From: the human T2T-CHM13v2.0 reference genome, Homo sapiens | Length of the DNA stretch: 64,000 bases | Reading direction: 5' to 3' (one strand) | Assembly: GCF_009914755.1 (NCBI RefSeq) | Contig: NC_060937.1 | Shown here: positions 18,519 through 33,091 of the stretch, piece by piece | Layout: every line of letters begins with the position of its first letter | How positions within the stretch are numbered: position 1 is the first letter of the stretch | Notes under the pieces: generated by a model | Seen by the model: only the letters and a program-made list of their open reading frames with translations | Database searches by the model: none | What the model was told of the DNA's origin: nothing | Program-made: the position numbers and the translations under genes

Positions 18519-18801
18519 TCAGAATGGGACATCCTTTTTTTTTTTTTTTTTTTTTGGCCAAAGGAGATCTAAACAACTGGGGCCAGAGGCACCTCTACTT
18601 ATGAAAGGATTGCCTCTGATTTTGCATCAGTGAATCCCCACATTATCTCATCTGTGCATCAAGGTTACCTGGGTCACAGAACCTCATTATTAACTAAGAA
18701 AGCAGGGTTACCTGAAAACCACTGTGAAGGAGGTCATAATAAAATTACATCAATTTAAATAGCTGTTCCTATTCATCTGCTTCAGGAGGATCCCACAATT
18801 A

Positions 18802-19125
<324 letters not shown>

Positions 19126-19997
19126 TCAACTGCTTTCAAGGATAGGGGCAGAACAAGGGGATGCACAGATGTGGGAACAAGAGAAGGTGAGACTCTTCCA
19201 CAGGTACTGGAGAAATGCTCAAGGGAACCACTGGCCTCAAATCTCACCTGGCTTTGGGGCAGGACTGTTCCTCCTCACTTCCCAAAAGCCTGAGAAGAGA
19301 GATAAAGGTGGTAGACTTCTTTTTTCTCCAGCCATAAAGAAAAATGATACCCAGGGAGGCTCTCATCCCTTTCCCTATTGTCTCCGTTTTAAGGCTGGTG
19401 AGGAAGAAATGGATGTAGAAGGCAGACAGGGTGCCACCAAAAACATAAGTCCTCAGCAAAATGCAAAAATGGAAACGATGGTAAAATGGGCACTTTGTGT
19501 GTATAAAGCTGATAAAGTGGCCAATATCCTTCCAAAAGCACTGAAAAGTCACTGGTCACATGATGTTTCTGAATTACCAAATGGAACTGAAAAATTCCAA
19601 GAGTCACAGGTAAGGTCTGTCTTAAAAGTACCCAACTGAAGACCAAAACCTGAACAACCATCTAAACAATGGTGGGAATTTCTTGTGAGGGGAATAACCA
19701 TCATTCTGGTTATTTCAGATTAAAAGATAAAAACTTGACTTACTCTTTGTAATTATCAACTCTAAAATTCCAACCTCTGCAGGCAGAACATTTCAGAGTA
19801 GAGATTTATGGTAAACATACAATCTTCATGTAAAATGTAAAAGATTTAGTAGCCTAAGTACATATTTATTGATGGTATATATTTTAAAATGTCATTTAGT
19901 ACGAGTTTTAACCTCCATTGTTAGCAAAACCAATGTTCTGTTCAACGTATTATTTTAAATGAAGCACCAGATCAAACCTGTTTTTCATTAGGGTTTA

Positions 19998-20401
<404 letters not shown>

Positions 20402-21702
20402 CCCACCACGTGACCTAAAAATGGCCGCTCTGAATCAAAGCATTTAGTGCAGTAAATTGATAATCCCTCAGCAGGACTGCAAGACTGAAAATTACAGTCT
20501 TCCTAGAGCTTTCATATAAACTTCTGGAAGACAAGCCTCTCATTATCTCAAGAAGAAACTCTATCCACCAACCTTCAGACACTTAAAACGACCTGGGACC
20601 AAGACAAAAATCGCATGGGGAGTTACAAACCAGCAGGACAAAGCACAATACTTTACCCTAATCTTGTCCCAAACCAGGAAACTTCGCTCTCTTAAAATAT
20701 ACACTGCACAGTAGCTAGCCACAACTGCTGCTGCCTGATGTCCTCAGAGCTATGTGTGCATTTCAAATCCTGAAGACCTTGATTCAGGGCAGCTCATCTC
20801 CCTGTGTCAAGAATCAGGGAATCACCTGAAGTCACTTTAAATCTTGGTTTCCCTTCTTTTTTAAAAAAACCCTGTAGCCTCTGAATGAACTGATCATCAT
20901 CCATTTTCAGAAGAAAAGAACATTGTTCACCAACAAAGGAAAAAGAATTTAAGTCGTGTAAAGTCTTCTTTAGATACAAAAAGGTCACCAGCTCCAGGGA
21001 GCAGTTCCATGGCCTTAATGAAGACTTCAGTGTGCAGAAACAAAGGACTGACTGCATTAGGCCAGAATCCAATTGTATTTCTTTACTAGTAACTGCATAC
21101 CTACCTCTTTTCCCTTTGAATTTTGTTCTCAAAAAGAAGAAAAAAAAAAAAAAAGGAAAGAAAATCAGGTAATAAAAAAAGAAGTCTTAAAGAGACACAC
21201 TCTGGTTAACCTTTTCAACTTACTGAAGAAAATTCAGGGAGTAGAAATACCAAGATAGCAGAAGTCTGAGCAGTGGGCTGCTTAAAAACTACTTAGCTTT
21301 TGCTTTGATAGAAAAACAAAAAAGTCCATCAAATATGAAAAATGAATCTGTTTAATCCTAACAAAGATTATAGCTGTTGATGTATGCCAACCGTTAGGGT
21401 GCTATCATAAATGTTGAATTTGCATGAAGTTACTCTTTAGTTGAAAACATTTTATTTGTGCCAGTAGGATTGGAGGAGTAAATAATCCATCCTAAAAAAA
21501 GTTTTGAAATCCATTTTTCCAGATCCTTCAGTTAAGCAAACTCTTGTCTGAGTTATAGTATCACCTTGGTGTTCTCCTTGGGAAGTGCACTTAACTACCC
21601 TGTGTCATGAACACAAAGGAAGCATACATTTCGGCTAACTATTCTGTTTAGGGAAATTATTTAGGAAGTACTTTCACTGTTCGCTTCTTCCTGAAATTTT
21701 GA

Positions 21703-22029
<327 letters not shown>

Positions 22030-22815
22030 CAGTATTTGTTTCTTAAAGTGACTCCAGGACTGGCCCCTGACTATGTATGTCATCATTTCTGTGCCCCAGT
22101 TCTTTCCCAGGTCCTTGCTGCTTAATCCTAACCACGAATTTGAGTTGCTAATGGTGTGGTCAAGAGTGACAGAGGACCCTGAACCATAAATGAAAGGGAT
22201 AAGCCAGGAAGAGAGAGAACACAGAAACTCGTGCTCCACACAACCCCAGGAAGCCATGCAGGCTAGACTTGCCCAAACATGGCCATTCGAAGAAACAGCA
22301 CTTGGTTCTGCTTTTGCTGTGTTTGCTCCCAAACTTCCTAGATTCCCTACATCAGTGTGTGGTGACACAAGCCATTTGGCTTTCCACTCACTTCTGAGGA
22401 AGAGGGGTGTATGCTTTCTGCACTGCAGACCAGTAACCTTCATGCAACCTCAAGTCTCCAGCCTTCTCCACCCTCTGCAGCCAGCGAGGCCTCGGAAGAA
22501 AAAGGGCTCTGAGCTCCCACAAGGTAAGGCTTGGAGGATCTTCTGACGCTCACTAGCCCACGACACATAAGTGAATACACTCTGTTTCCAAAATGATTTT
22601 CTTTTAGTGCTTAGTGTCACTTAAGGTTTTGGAAAAAATAAAAATAAAAATAAAAATAAATCACAAATGATTCAGTCTTTCAAAATGACCTAACTGTCCA
22701 AATGACAGATAAAGTTCAAAGAAAAGATACCTTTTGACTTTGCTGTATATTTGCTCTCTTTGGTTATGGCTTCTGGGAACCTTTTGTAAGTTGGGTAGAC
22801 AGAAAAACAAACAGT

Positions 22816-23281
<466 letters not shown>

Positions 23282-23689
23282 CTAACTTGACACACCCTGC
23301 AGGGCTGCAGTGACAATCACTGTGTCATGAGGCTCCTTGCACGGTGCTGCCAGGCAGCAGGAGCCCGGCCAAGCAGGGCAGCACAGTGAGGCACGCTGTT
23401 CTTCAAATGGCAGGTGCAACCAATGGATCATGAAATCACTTTTGTGACTCATGACCATCCTTATGTCTTTTATATGAACCAGAATAGAATGGATATAATA
23501 GAAAATATCAGGGCGCAGAAGCATGGAGTAATATCGTGTTGTGAGACTTTTGTTTCTGTGCGTGTGTGCGCACCTGCACAAGCCCACACTAAATCATGTT
23601 GCAAAGCAGAGTTCTGATCGGGGACTGCGCCAGCCAACATGGGTTTAAAGTCCCTAGGAGAGGGTTCAGGAACTCAGGATCTGGCATTG

Positions 23690-23815
23690 AGATTCGCCGT
23701 AAATTCCATTTGAATCCTGACTCTGCTGTTTACTTGTTAAGTGGGTTAAGCTCTCTGTGCCTCAGTTTGAAAATGTGTCAAATGAGGATGACACAGAATT
23801 GCTGTGAGGACGAAG
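23690..23815. mobile_element. MIR fragment (another at about 23190-23280)
   Basis: tttgaatcctgactctgc...ctctctgtgcctcagtttgaaaatgtgtcaaatgagga. Confidence 0.6.
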
Positions 23816-25224
23816 TGGGAGATGGCAAGGAAAGAAGATAACCATGTTAAGGATTCTGCAAATGTTAGGAATTCTCACTACTTGTGTAACTTGTCTGGGA
23901 CGCAACAATCACTAAAGCACTGGATCTAAGAGGGACAAGCCCCTGTTCTCACGCAGGGCTGAGAACCAGTGTCGGCTGCCTGCTCGCGAAATGCAAAGCA
24001 TTAGAGGGGTACTGAGAGTGGTGAGGAATGCCGCTAAGACCGGGGTGGGGGAAAGCCAGAAAACAAAGTGATAACCTCACCTTTTGTTCCTTGTGAGAAA
24101 AACATTAGATTTCTCTCTTAGGCTTTTATTGTGCACATTTTTTTTTTGTTTGTTGCTGCTTCACTATTTAAATTTACATAAACAATTTGGTTAAAGGAAT
24201 TCACCAAGGATCACAAAAATAGAAACAGAAGTTAATGAGCCAAGTCCTTCTAGAATAGCGAGTAGCAATAATGCCCTAAAGGCCTGCACCCCAATCCTTA
24301 ATTAGAAATAGTTACTATTGAGCATTCCTCAGAACCCAGAGTAGGGCCACAAACATGTTCTCATCTAGTAAAATCTTCACAACAAATCTGTAAGTTAGTA
24401 ATTACTAGGTTTGGTTTAAGGATGAGGAAACTGAAGCTTGGAGGCTAAGTGACTTCATTGAGGTCACACTTCTATCAGGCAGTGCTGGAATAAAAATGTG
24501 GGTCGTGTTGACGCTTAGAAGATGCTCTGAAAGATTCTATCCCAGGCAGTCTGCTGAATGATTTCCTGGGTCGCATTAAGTATTGCACAGTCCCTCTAGA
24601 CTATGTTTCTTTTTTTCAACCAACATTGAGCCTTGGAGACAAAGCCATACAAAGTTAAAAAGGAAAGTCTCTCTGTTTACAATGCTTGGAGATCAGGATC
24701 TACATGGATACAAAGCTTAGCAGTGTTTTGTAAGCATGCTCCCTGGACTACATACATAGAGCATTTGCTCAAAAGTAGGGTGGAAACTTATGGAACTGAA
24801 CCAAAACCTGGTGATGTCAAGGTATATTTAGTCTTTGCTCAGATGTGCTTCCAAAACATTACTGGCAGAGCCAAGAATCATCTAATGTTACTTCTTTATT
24901 TAGAGTTCTTTTATGTACACAAGCACACAACTATTTCTTATTAAGAATTCATTCAAAGTAATGCAGGGCACGTTCCTAGAACCTTTCATCCAAGGATATA
25001 AAAGCACTTTACAGACATGCCCATTATCTCTGCTAAGTAAACCTCATTTGGCCCATTTTTGAGATGGGCATAACCAAAATATAAAACTTGAGAATTTATA
25101 CTCTCATTTTCTACTGTAAGCACTAAGTCATGCTTCTAATAGCCAGAGGGAATCTAACGTGCTAAACATTTCTTCCCATTTTATCCTGAAAGGGATACTT
25201 TTTTTTCTTTAAACTAAAAATAAA

Positions 25225-25862
25225 AATTGTGGTACAATACACATAGCATAAAATTTACTGCTTTTGCCATTTCAAAGTCAACATTTCAGTGGTCTTAAGG
25301 ACATTCACATTGTTTTGCAGCCATCACCACCATCCATTCACAAGACGCTTTTCATCTGACAAAACTGAAGTCCTATGTGAAATAATGTAACTCCCAACCC
25401 CCCACCTTCCCTCAGCCCCTGGTGACGACGCTTCTCCTTTGTGTCTCTGTGAATTTGACTAGTCTAGGTATCTCATATTAGGGGAACCATCTAGTGTCTG
25501 TCCTTTTGTGACTGGCTTATTTCACTTAGCATAATGTCTTTAGGGTATATCTGCATTATAGACTGTCAGGATTTCCTTCCATTTTAAAGCTGAATAATTT
25601 CCCATTGTATGGATAGACCACGTTTTATTCATCCGCTCATCTGGCGATGGACACGAGCTATTTCCACCTTTTGGGTACTGTGATGATCATGGATGTACAA
25701 AACTCTGAGATCCCGCTTTTAATTCTTTCTGGAAGTGGAACTGCTGGATCACGTTAGCTCTCATTTTTTGAGGAATCTCTACAGTGTTTTCCAAAGTGGC
25801 TGCACCATTTTACATTCCCACCAACAGTGCACAGGGTTCCAATTTCTTCACATCCTCCAAAT
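25225..25862 (-). mobile_element. L1MB-like 3' end
   Basis: ttgtggtacaatacacatagcataaaatttac...tggcttatttcacttagcataatgtc...ccattttacattcccaccaacagtgcac. Confidence 0.85.
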
Positions 25863-26085
25863 TACTTAAGCGTGATTCCAATTGTTTTAGAGGTCAGTGC
25901 TAGGATAGCCATAACTGTACTTGGTCTAAGATAAAAATCACATTCTCCTTCCCTTCCGGTGGCACGTTCTCTATGCTTCCTACTAAACAGGCATTGAAGA
26001 GTTGTTTATATCCACATGCCCAGAAAGCTCATTACTGCCTGGGTTTTGCTCTTGTCTCCTCTCTGTGTTTCTCTTCTCCAGAATA

Positions 26086-26091
<6 letters not shown>

Positions 26092-26123
<32 letters not shown>
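26092..26123. repeat. (TG)16 microsatellite
   Basis: Direct reading. Confidence 0.97.
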
Positions 26124-26125
<2 letters not shown>

Positions 26126-26973
26126 CCTCAGCTCCCCTCAATGACTATAGAGTGTTAAAAAAAAAAAAAAACCCACATTAAAAGAAAACAAACAAAAAAC
26201 CCAGCCATGTCTGGAGTTGAATATGTGGAGGTGTTAAAGTGAAGGACAGGATGGAACTGTGAGGTCCGATGGAAGCCATGAGGCCCCACAGCTGCAGACC
26301 CCATGCCGGTGGGGACAAGGTCTATGTTGCTCATGACTATACACCTGGAGAATAGTAATTACTCAATGAATACTTTCTGAATTTATGTTAAATATGAACC
26401 AAAGCAATGACAGGAGCTCTTATTGTACAAATAATCCAATCTCTAGAACACTCCTTGAGAGTCACTTCTGCAAAGGAGAAGAAAAGAAAATAGAATCAGA
26501 GTCCGGGAAAGGATGGCCAATTTAACCCTCCACCATCAGAGCAAACACTCACTGGGTCTGTGTGAAATACACCACACACTCTCACAATGGTGATCGTAAG
26601 AAAGATGAAGCAGAAGTGCAGAGAGATGGAATTCCGTCTCTCATGTTCTTCCTTGCTATTCTTTAACAACCTCCTGGTTAAAATCATTCACCAAGAGCTA
26701 GATTCTAAAAGTCACCACAAAGCCAACTATAAGTTTTTTAACTCTCACAGCCCACAGTTTCACAGAAAGCCCTTCATGGAGGTAATCACCTTTGAGAAGG
26801 TAGCTTTAGTTCCTACAGCAAAATTCCAATATTAAGACACTTAAAATCCACATCTCCCCATAGAAACCTCCCCAGTGCTAAACAAACAATGCATCATTTT
26901 GTTCTTTATGGTTATCAGTGGATAAAACTGTGGCATCTTAGTACAGAAATCTATCTGCGTAAGTTATTAAATA

Positions 26974-26974
<1 letters not shown>

Positions 26975-27011
<37 letters not shown>

Positions 27012-27016
27012 AGAGA
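26975..27016. repeat. (CA)17(GA)4 microsatellite
   Basis: Direct reading; reads (UG)17 in ABCC4 pre-mRNA. Confidence 0.97.
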
Positions 27017-27187
27017 AATGAACAAAGCTGGATATCTGATGAAAATACCTGTTGAAAATATCTGCTCATAAAAACATGCTCTATTGGGTGAAAAAAAAAC
27101 CAATCCTTTCATCCAATTAAAAAAAGCAATAACAGTAAAAGCAATTAAACATAGTAGCTCTTATAAAAGGGGCAGGTAAGGACGCTA

Positions 27188-27355
<168 letters not shown>

Positions 27356-27476
27356 CTACAGAGAGATCCAGGCGGCAGGATTAAAAAAAAAAAAAAATCA
27401 CAGGATGCAGCAAAACTAGGAGAAAACTTTCGGTTTTTGAAGAAGAATTAAGGACATTCTATATTGAGTGTAGTCT

Positions 27477-27681
27477 AAGAGTTTCCCAACCTCAGCACTG
27501 ATGACCTTCTGAGCTGGATACTTCTTCATTTTGGAAGCTGCCCCAGGCATTGTGGGAGGTTCGCTAGCATCCCTGGACCCTACTGCATAGATACCAGGAG
27601 CACACTCCCAAAATGATACCACCAAAAATGTCACTGACAAACGTCCTCTGGGGCAAAACTGCCCCTGGTTGAGATCCACTG
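27477..27681 (-). mobile_element. MER20 hAT-Charlie DNA transposon
   Basis: gtttcccaacctcagcact...agcatccctggaccctac...ggggcaaaactgcccctggttgagatccactg. Confidence 0.85.
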
Positions 27682-27802
27682 TTCTAAAAAAGAGTTGAAA
27701 ATAACAGAATCTGTTTACTGGCATTGAAAAGTCAACAGTCTCCTAAGTGGCCCATGAAAAGGCAACTTTTAAATTAGCTTTGCTTGCAGGATCTGAGTAA
27801 TC

Positions 27803-27961
27803 TGAATTTCTGAGATAATTTCACAGGGATATTAATTCAAGACAGAGGTGTCAGAAGTGACATAAACGAGTATTCATTTTTCTAGAGTTCTATTATTTAA
27901 GATAACATATTCTTTGGTAGAGAAACTTCCAAATATTAAATATCTGCCTATATTTTGTCTC
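27803..27961 (+). repeat. 159-bp local direct repeat, copy 1 (probable donor)
   Basis: Ungapped match to 28790-28948; 10 mismatches by hand count (about 94%). Confidence 0.95.
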
Positions 27962-28737
27962 AAAATGTTTCAAAATTCTGAAGTGAAGATTGCAATGTCT
28001 TAAAAGACAGTAGTAACCAGTAGCCAAAAAACACATAATGAGATCAACAACAACGCAAGTAACATTTGCTATTTACGTAAGGCCTTTCATCTGCACAGTT
28101 CAAAAGGCATGCTGCAAACTAATTAATACTTACAATTGCCCCTTGAGAAACATTTGTGTCAAGTATCACTCCTCTATTAAAGCCAAGACAGAGAGAAATG
28201 AAGTGCACTGCCAATACGATCAAAGAATCAATAAAATGCTGGTAAAAAGGTGGGGGCAATACGTCTATATTGTAAAAACTGGCTTTCACATGTGTGCATA
28301 TAAATCTGTATGCAGAAACTGGCCTCTGCACCAATGACCTTGCACAACTGCAAATTTCCTGGTGGGAACTTCCCAAGAAATGACATCCTCCTTATTTAGA
28401 AATCTGGAGTCAACGAAGGACATAAAACATGCCTTCAATCATTTGTCCATTATTTAATAAATTTTAAAACTCACTGCAAAACTTTACTGGGCACTGGGTA
28501 TGTGTTGGAAATGTGACATATTACCTCATTTGAACACCTCCATATCTGTAAAGTCAATAATGGCATTTCCACAAGGAATTTTATCTTTAAAGAGATACAT
28601 GTACAAAATATAAAAATGTAAATGTTTAAAAAGTGGCTTTAGCTAATTTTATTAACTTTGGAGTCATATTCTACCTTATGGTAAATCCTAGTTTATACTT
28701 TATAGGTGGGCCATTTTCTGCACATAGGTACATCCGG

Positions 28738-28785
<48 letters not shown>
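28738..28785. repeat. Compound microsatellite GTGTGTG(TA)14(CA)6; perfect 42-bp palindrome at 28738-28779
   Basis: Direct reading. Confidence 0.95.
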
Positions 28786-28789
28786 CAAT

Positions 28790-28948
28790 TGAATTTCTGA
28801 GATAATTTCACAGGGATATTAATTCAAGACAGAGGTGTCACAAGTGACATAAACAGGTATTCATTTTTCCAGACTTCTATCATTTAAGATGACACATTCT
28901 TTGGTAGAGAAACTTCCAAATATTAAATACCTGACTATATTTTGTCTC
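28790..28948 (+). repeat. 159-bp local direct repeat, copy 2, embedded in a microsatellite
   Basis: Flanked by (TA)14(CA)6 on the left and (TC)/(CA)/(GT) runs on the right. Confidence 0.95.
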
Positions 28949-30009
28949 TCTCACACACATACACACACACACACGTGTATGTGTGTATGTGTGTGTGTGT
29001 GTGTGGGGCTTATGTGTGTTTCTCAGTAAATCAGCACGTATCTAGACATAGACAAATGCTGTGTTTTTGAGAATGTGTGGACACTCATGTTATCAGCTCT
29101 ATGGGAAACTGATCCATCTGTGCAAACCTGGACATTTGTAGGCCATTATTAGTAGATGGCCAGGATGGACCCCCTCAAAGGTAGGGAACACTGAGGGCTG
29201 CCTACAACCATAAGACTAGGCACTCCAAACTCAGGTGAGGATATAATCAGCAAAAGGCAACCAAAGAAAACCTGGCTCTGGTTAGTTCTCTTCAAAGTCA
29301 TCAAAATTACAGTCTCCAAGTCTTTCATAAGTCACCAATGGGTTTCACCAAATCCTCTGGAGAATATCACTAATATCAGTAAGTTTACATTCATAACACG
29401 AAAGAGACACTTAGTTTTATTTTAATTGCTTTACAATTGACCCTTTTTGTTTCCCCAACTGGGCCAAGAGTGGTCTCTTTGGCCAAACATTAGACATTTG
29501 TACTTGGATCTCTCTTCATATATGAAACTCAACATGATTAATACCCAACAGCCCCCCTCCAAACAGCTGCTGCTTCTAACTCCTCCATTTTAATCTAATA
29601 AATTCTTCCCCAAGTTCACAGGCTCAAAACACCCATCTCCCAGGTTTTCTCAACTCCAAGCACTAAAAATATTACTTGTTCTGTTTCTTGACTCAATACC
29701 CTCACTTTAATTTCTGCAGCCATTACCTCAGTGCAAGGCTGCATTAACATTTGAAAAACAAAAACTCTTTTGCTAGTTATAATCAGTGCAAGTGAATTCG
29801 AAAAATAAATAAATGCTGGCCACAACCCCAGCAATCTGACAGAATCCTTGTCACATGTTAATACCTTTTCTTTCTGAACTTGAGTGTGAGTTATCTGTGT
29901 TCCTAAAGATATAATCTCATATATTTAGGCAAAATGAGAATATGCACAGAATATTATAATCTATTATTTAATAAAAGTATTTACTTCAGTAGCTACATAA
30001 TATTACAGT

Positions 30010-30260
30010 ATATATGATTATTTATTCAACAAATCCCCTATTTGTGGATGTTTAGGCTCCAATATTTTGCTATTGTAAATAATACCATGTTAAATATCCT
30101 TGAAGCTACATCTTTGCAAGCAACCTTAATTGGTTTCTTAAAATAAATTCTTAGATGTGGAATTGCTGAGGAACAGGTATGAACATTTTCAAAGGAGGCT
30201 GTTAAGTGATGCCAAACTACCCTCCAGAAATATGATACCAATTTCTACTCCCACCTGTAT
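30010..30260 (-). mobile_element. L1ME-like fragment
   Basis: tttgctattgtaaataatacc...aaattcttagatgtggaattgctg...gccaaactaccctccagaaa. Confidence 0.65.
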
Positions 30261-32019
30261 CCCTGCAAATTCACTAACCAGGGTATTATAACTTTGTTTT
30301 AATCAACATTAGTTTGATTCTACAAAGTGGAATCACTTGCCCCATCACATCTTGCCAGCAGTACATAAAATCAATTGGCTTCAGGCCTTCAGCGTCTTCC
30401 CCGTGCACTCATTTCTCAGATTAAACTTCCGAAGTACAGCTCTCTGCCTGGCACTCCACACTGGGAAACCTCCTCTACAAAACAGTCCCAACTAACCTTT
30501 CCATCCTTAGCTCCATGAGCAGGATTGAGTTTGCGGGGTGGCTGTGAGGACTAAGTGTGCACATGTGTGTTATTCACCTGGTAGTTCATGCCCTTGTATG
30601 CTCAGAGATGCCTAATTCTTCATATCAAATCACGGCATCGAGCCTTGGCATATGCCATCGTGCCTTTCACATGCATTTCGACCTGCTGAAATCCTAACCA
30701 CCTTCCAAAGTCTGTTTCAAATGTGTAATTGCCTTAAAATCCTCCACTTGTCCCCTCGTGTGGATTTCTCCCACACTTAATGGCTGTCGTAACATCTTTT
30801 CTAAACAGCCATAAAATCTGCGAATTCCTTCTATCTTACGGAGCAGGCATTTATATACTACTTTGTTTCTTCTACTAGGCGATAGGTGCTGTGGGCAGGG
30901 CCTATATTGGAATTAGCTTTGTATTATTTGTATCACCTGTGGTGTCCTGCAAAAAAAACCAGAAATCCCCCAGAGAGTTAAGCATTTAACTCAGGCTTGA
31001 AACATTTATGGGAAATCTATTGCCATATTGTTCAGGTATACAATAAGCTAGGTGTTTTACACCTCTTATCTTGTTTAAGTTATAAAACTCTAATGGCTAG
31101 GCCCTATCACTTGCATTTTGCAAAAGAGAAAAATCGAGGCTTAGTAAGATTGATTAAACTGTTGAAATGACTGAGCCCCTAAGTGATGGAATGGGACTGA
31201 AACCCAAGTCTGCCTGCCTCTTGCCCATTCTGCCGATGGCCTCCCAATCACTTGGATAGCCTGGCTCTGTATTCCCTTGGTGTAGCTAGAAGGGAGACAG
31301 CGGGGAGAAGTGTGGTTGTCTTTAAAGGCACTGGCCTGCCATACTGGTCCTATTGTCATACATTTAATGCATGCTGTGGACATGCGTGAGTATAAGAAGG
31401 TGGCTAGGACAAGAAGCTGACTACTGTGAGCCAAGACAGTACCTGTATTAGGGTGGATTACAGCTGTTGACAGGAAGAACTGGCACCCACAGAAGAGGCT
31501 GGGAGAGAAGCCTGCAGCTACGTTGGACATGGGGCAACTGGGAAACAGGCCAGACAGACCTAGTGTACTGTGGGGCAGTGAGACCCATTTTGATCCCATC
31601 AGTAGTGAACGGAACTCAAATACATCGCTGTGCTGAGCTGGTATGAGGACAGAGACTGCTATTCATGGAAGGCTGTATGGTGGGATGAAAACTGTGATAG
31701 AAGACAGAGATCACCGGAAAGGTGCAAATGAATGCATAAATGGGGAATCACACAGAATTAAATTGTAATGTAAATTCATAATTTGCAGAATATAAAAGTA
31801 AAAAAACAAAAAACCTGTAGGGTGGCACTTGGCCCAGGACTATCCAGAGTCTCATGTTTAGTCACAAGAGGGGCTGGGGCAATCCACGAGCTCCACTTCA
31901 AGTTGTCAAAGGAAGTTTCTTGGAAATCACAGATTATTAGTCATCCAAAATTGCTTACCGGAGAGCAACGGCTTTAATGCAGGGGCAGGAGTGGGGGTGG
32001 TTCTTGTCCCAGTGCAATT

Positions 32020-32105
32020 TTAATCAAAAGGGTGGGGTGGGCCTGACAGTCTGCATTTCTAACATGTTTCCAAGCAGAGGCAGGTGATGCTGATCCCAGC
32101 CCCTG
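32020..32105. mobile_element. MER5A-like fragment
   Basis: ggggtgggcctgacagtctgcatttctaacatgtttcca...ggtgatgctgat. Confidence 0.55.
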
Positions 32106-32815
32106 AGATGAGCAAGCAGGCAGGGCAAGTGGGACAATCTGGCTGTGAGAGGAGGGGTTTCTCAGCAAACATTAATGTAAAAAAGGAGAGAATATAAGAA
32201 ACTAATATTTTTGCACACTATAGCAAGGTCTAGTACACATCTGTAAAAAGGTATTATCCAAGTAATAGCTTTGAGCAAGGAAAAAAAAATAACAAACCAA
32301 AATCAATCTACCTCTAGAGCTGAAAAATGCTTTAAAATGGCCCAGTACTCTCTAAAATGATTAAATCAACCACAAAACCATCTAAATGAAAAATGCAGCC
32401 AGTGTTTGGAATCTAACCAGGAAGGCTAGGGTGGTATATACCTCATTTTGGTTCATTCTTTTTTACTTGCTATTTCTTCTGTGAATTAGAAACCTACTTA
32501 GCGCCTATTACTTTTTCCTATTTGTTATAATGTCCAGGAAATCTGAGCAGATGAAGCAATTGAAAGAGAATGAAGCCCTGTTTCTGCTGTGTGGACACAT
32601 TCCTACATCTCCACTGGAAACAATGCCCCTCTCCATCAGCTCCAACAGCAAAGGGACTGCCTGAGATCCTGGGGCTGCAGGCAGGTGTGGAGGAGACGAA
32701 CCCTGAATATACACACAAAAAGTGGAACCAACTCACCACGATGTTGCCTGAATACACAAATGAAGCTAAAGGTGACACTGTGAGTGAACCAGGACACAAA
32801 TCAAAAGCCAAGTGG

Positions 32816-33091
32816 GGCTCAGCGCAGTGGCTCATGCCTGTAATCCCAGCACTTTGGGAGGTCGAGGCAGGTGGATTGCTTGAGGTCGGGGTTCAAGACC
32901 AGCCTGACCAACATGGTGAAACCCCGGATCCACTAAAAATACAAAAATTAGCCAGGCATGGCAGCAGGTGCCTGTAATCGCAGCTACTCGGGAGGCTGAG
33001 GCAGAGAATCGCTTGAACCTGGGAGGCAGAATGAGCCAAGATTGCGCCACTGCACTCCAGCCTAGATGACACAGCGAGACTCTGTCTCAAA
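32816..33091 (+). mobile_element. Alu with short internal deletion and minimal tail
   Basis: TSD aaaagccaagtgg. Confidence 0.93.
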
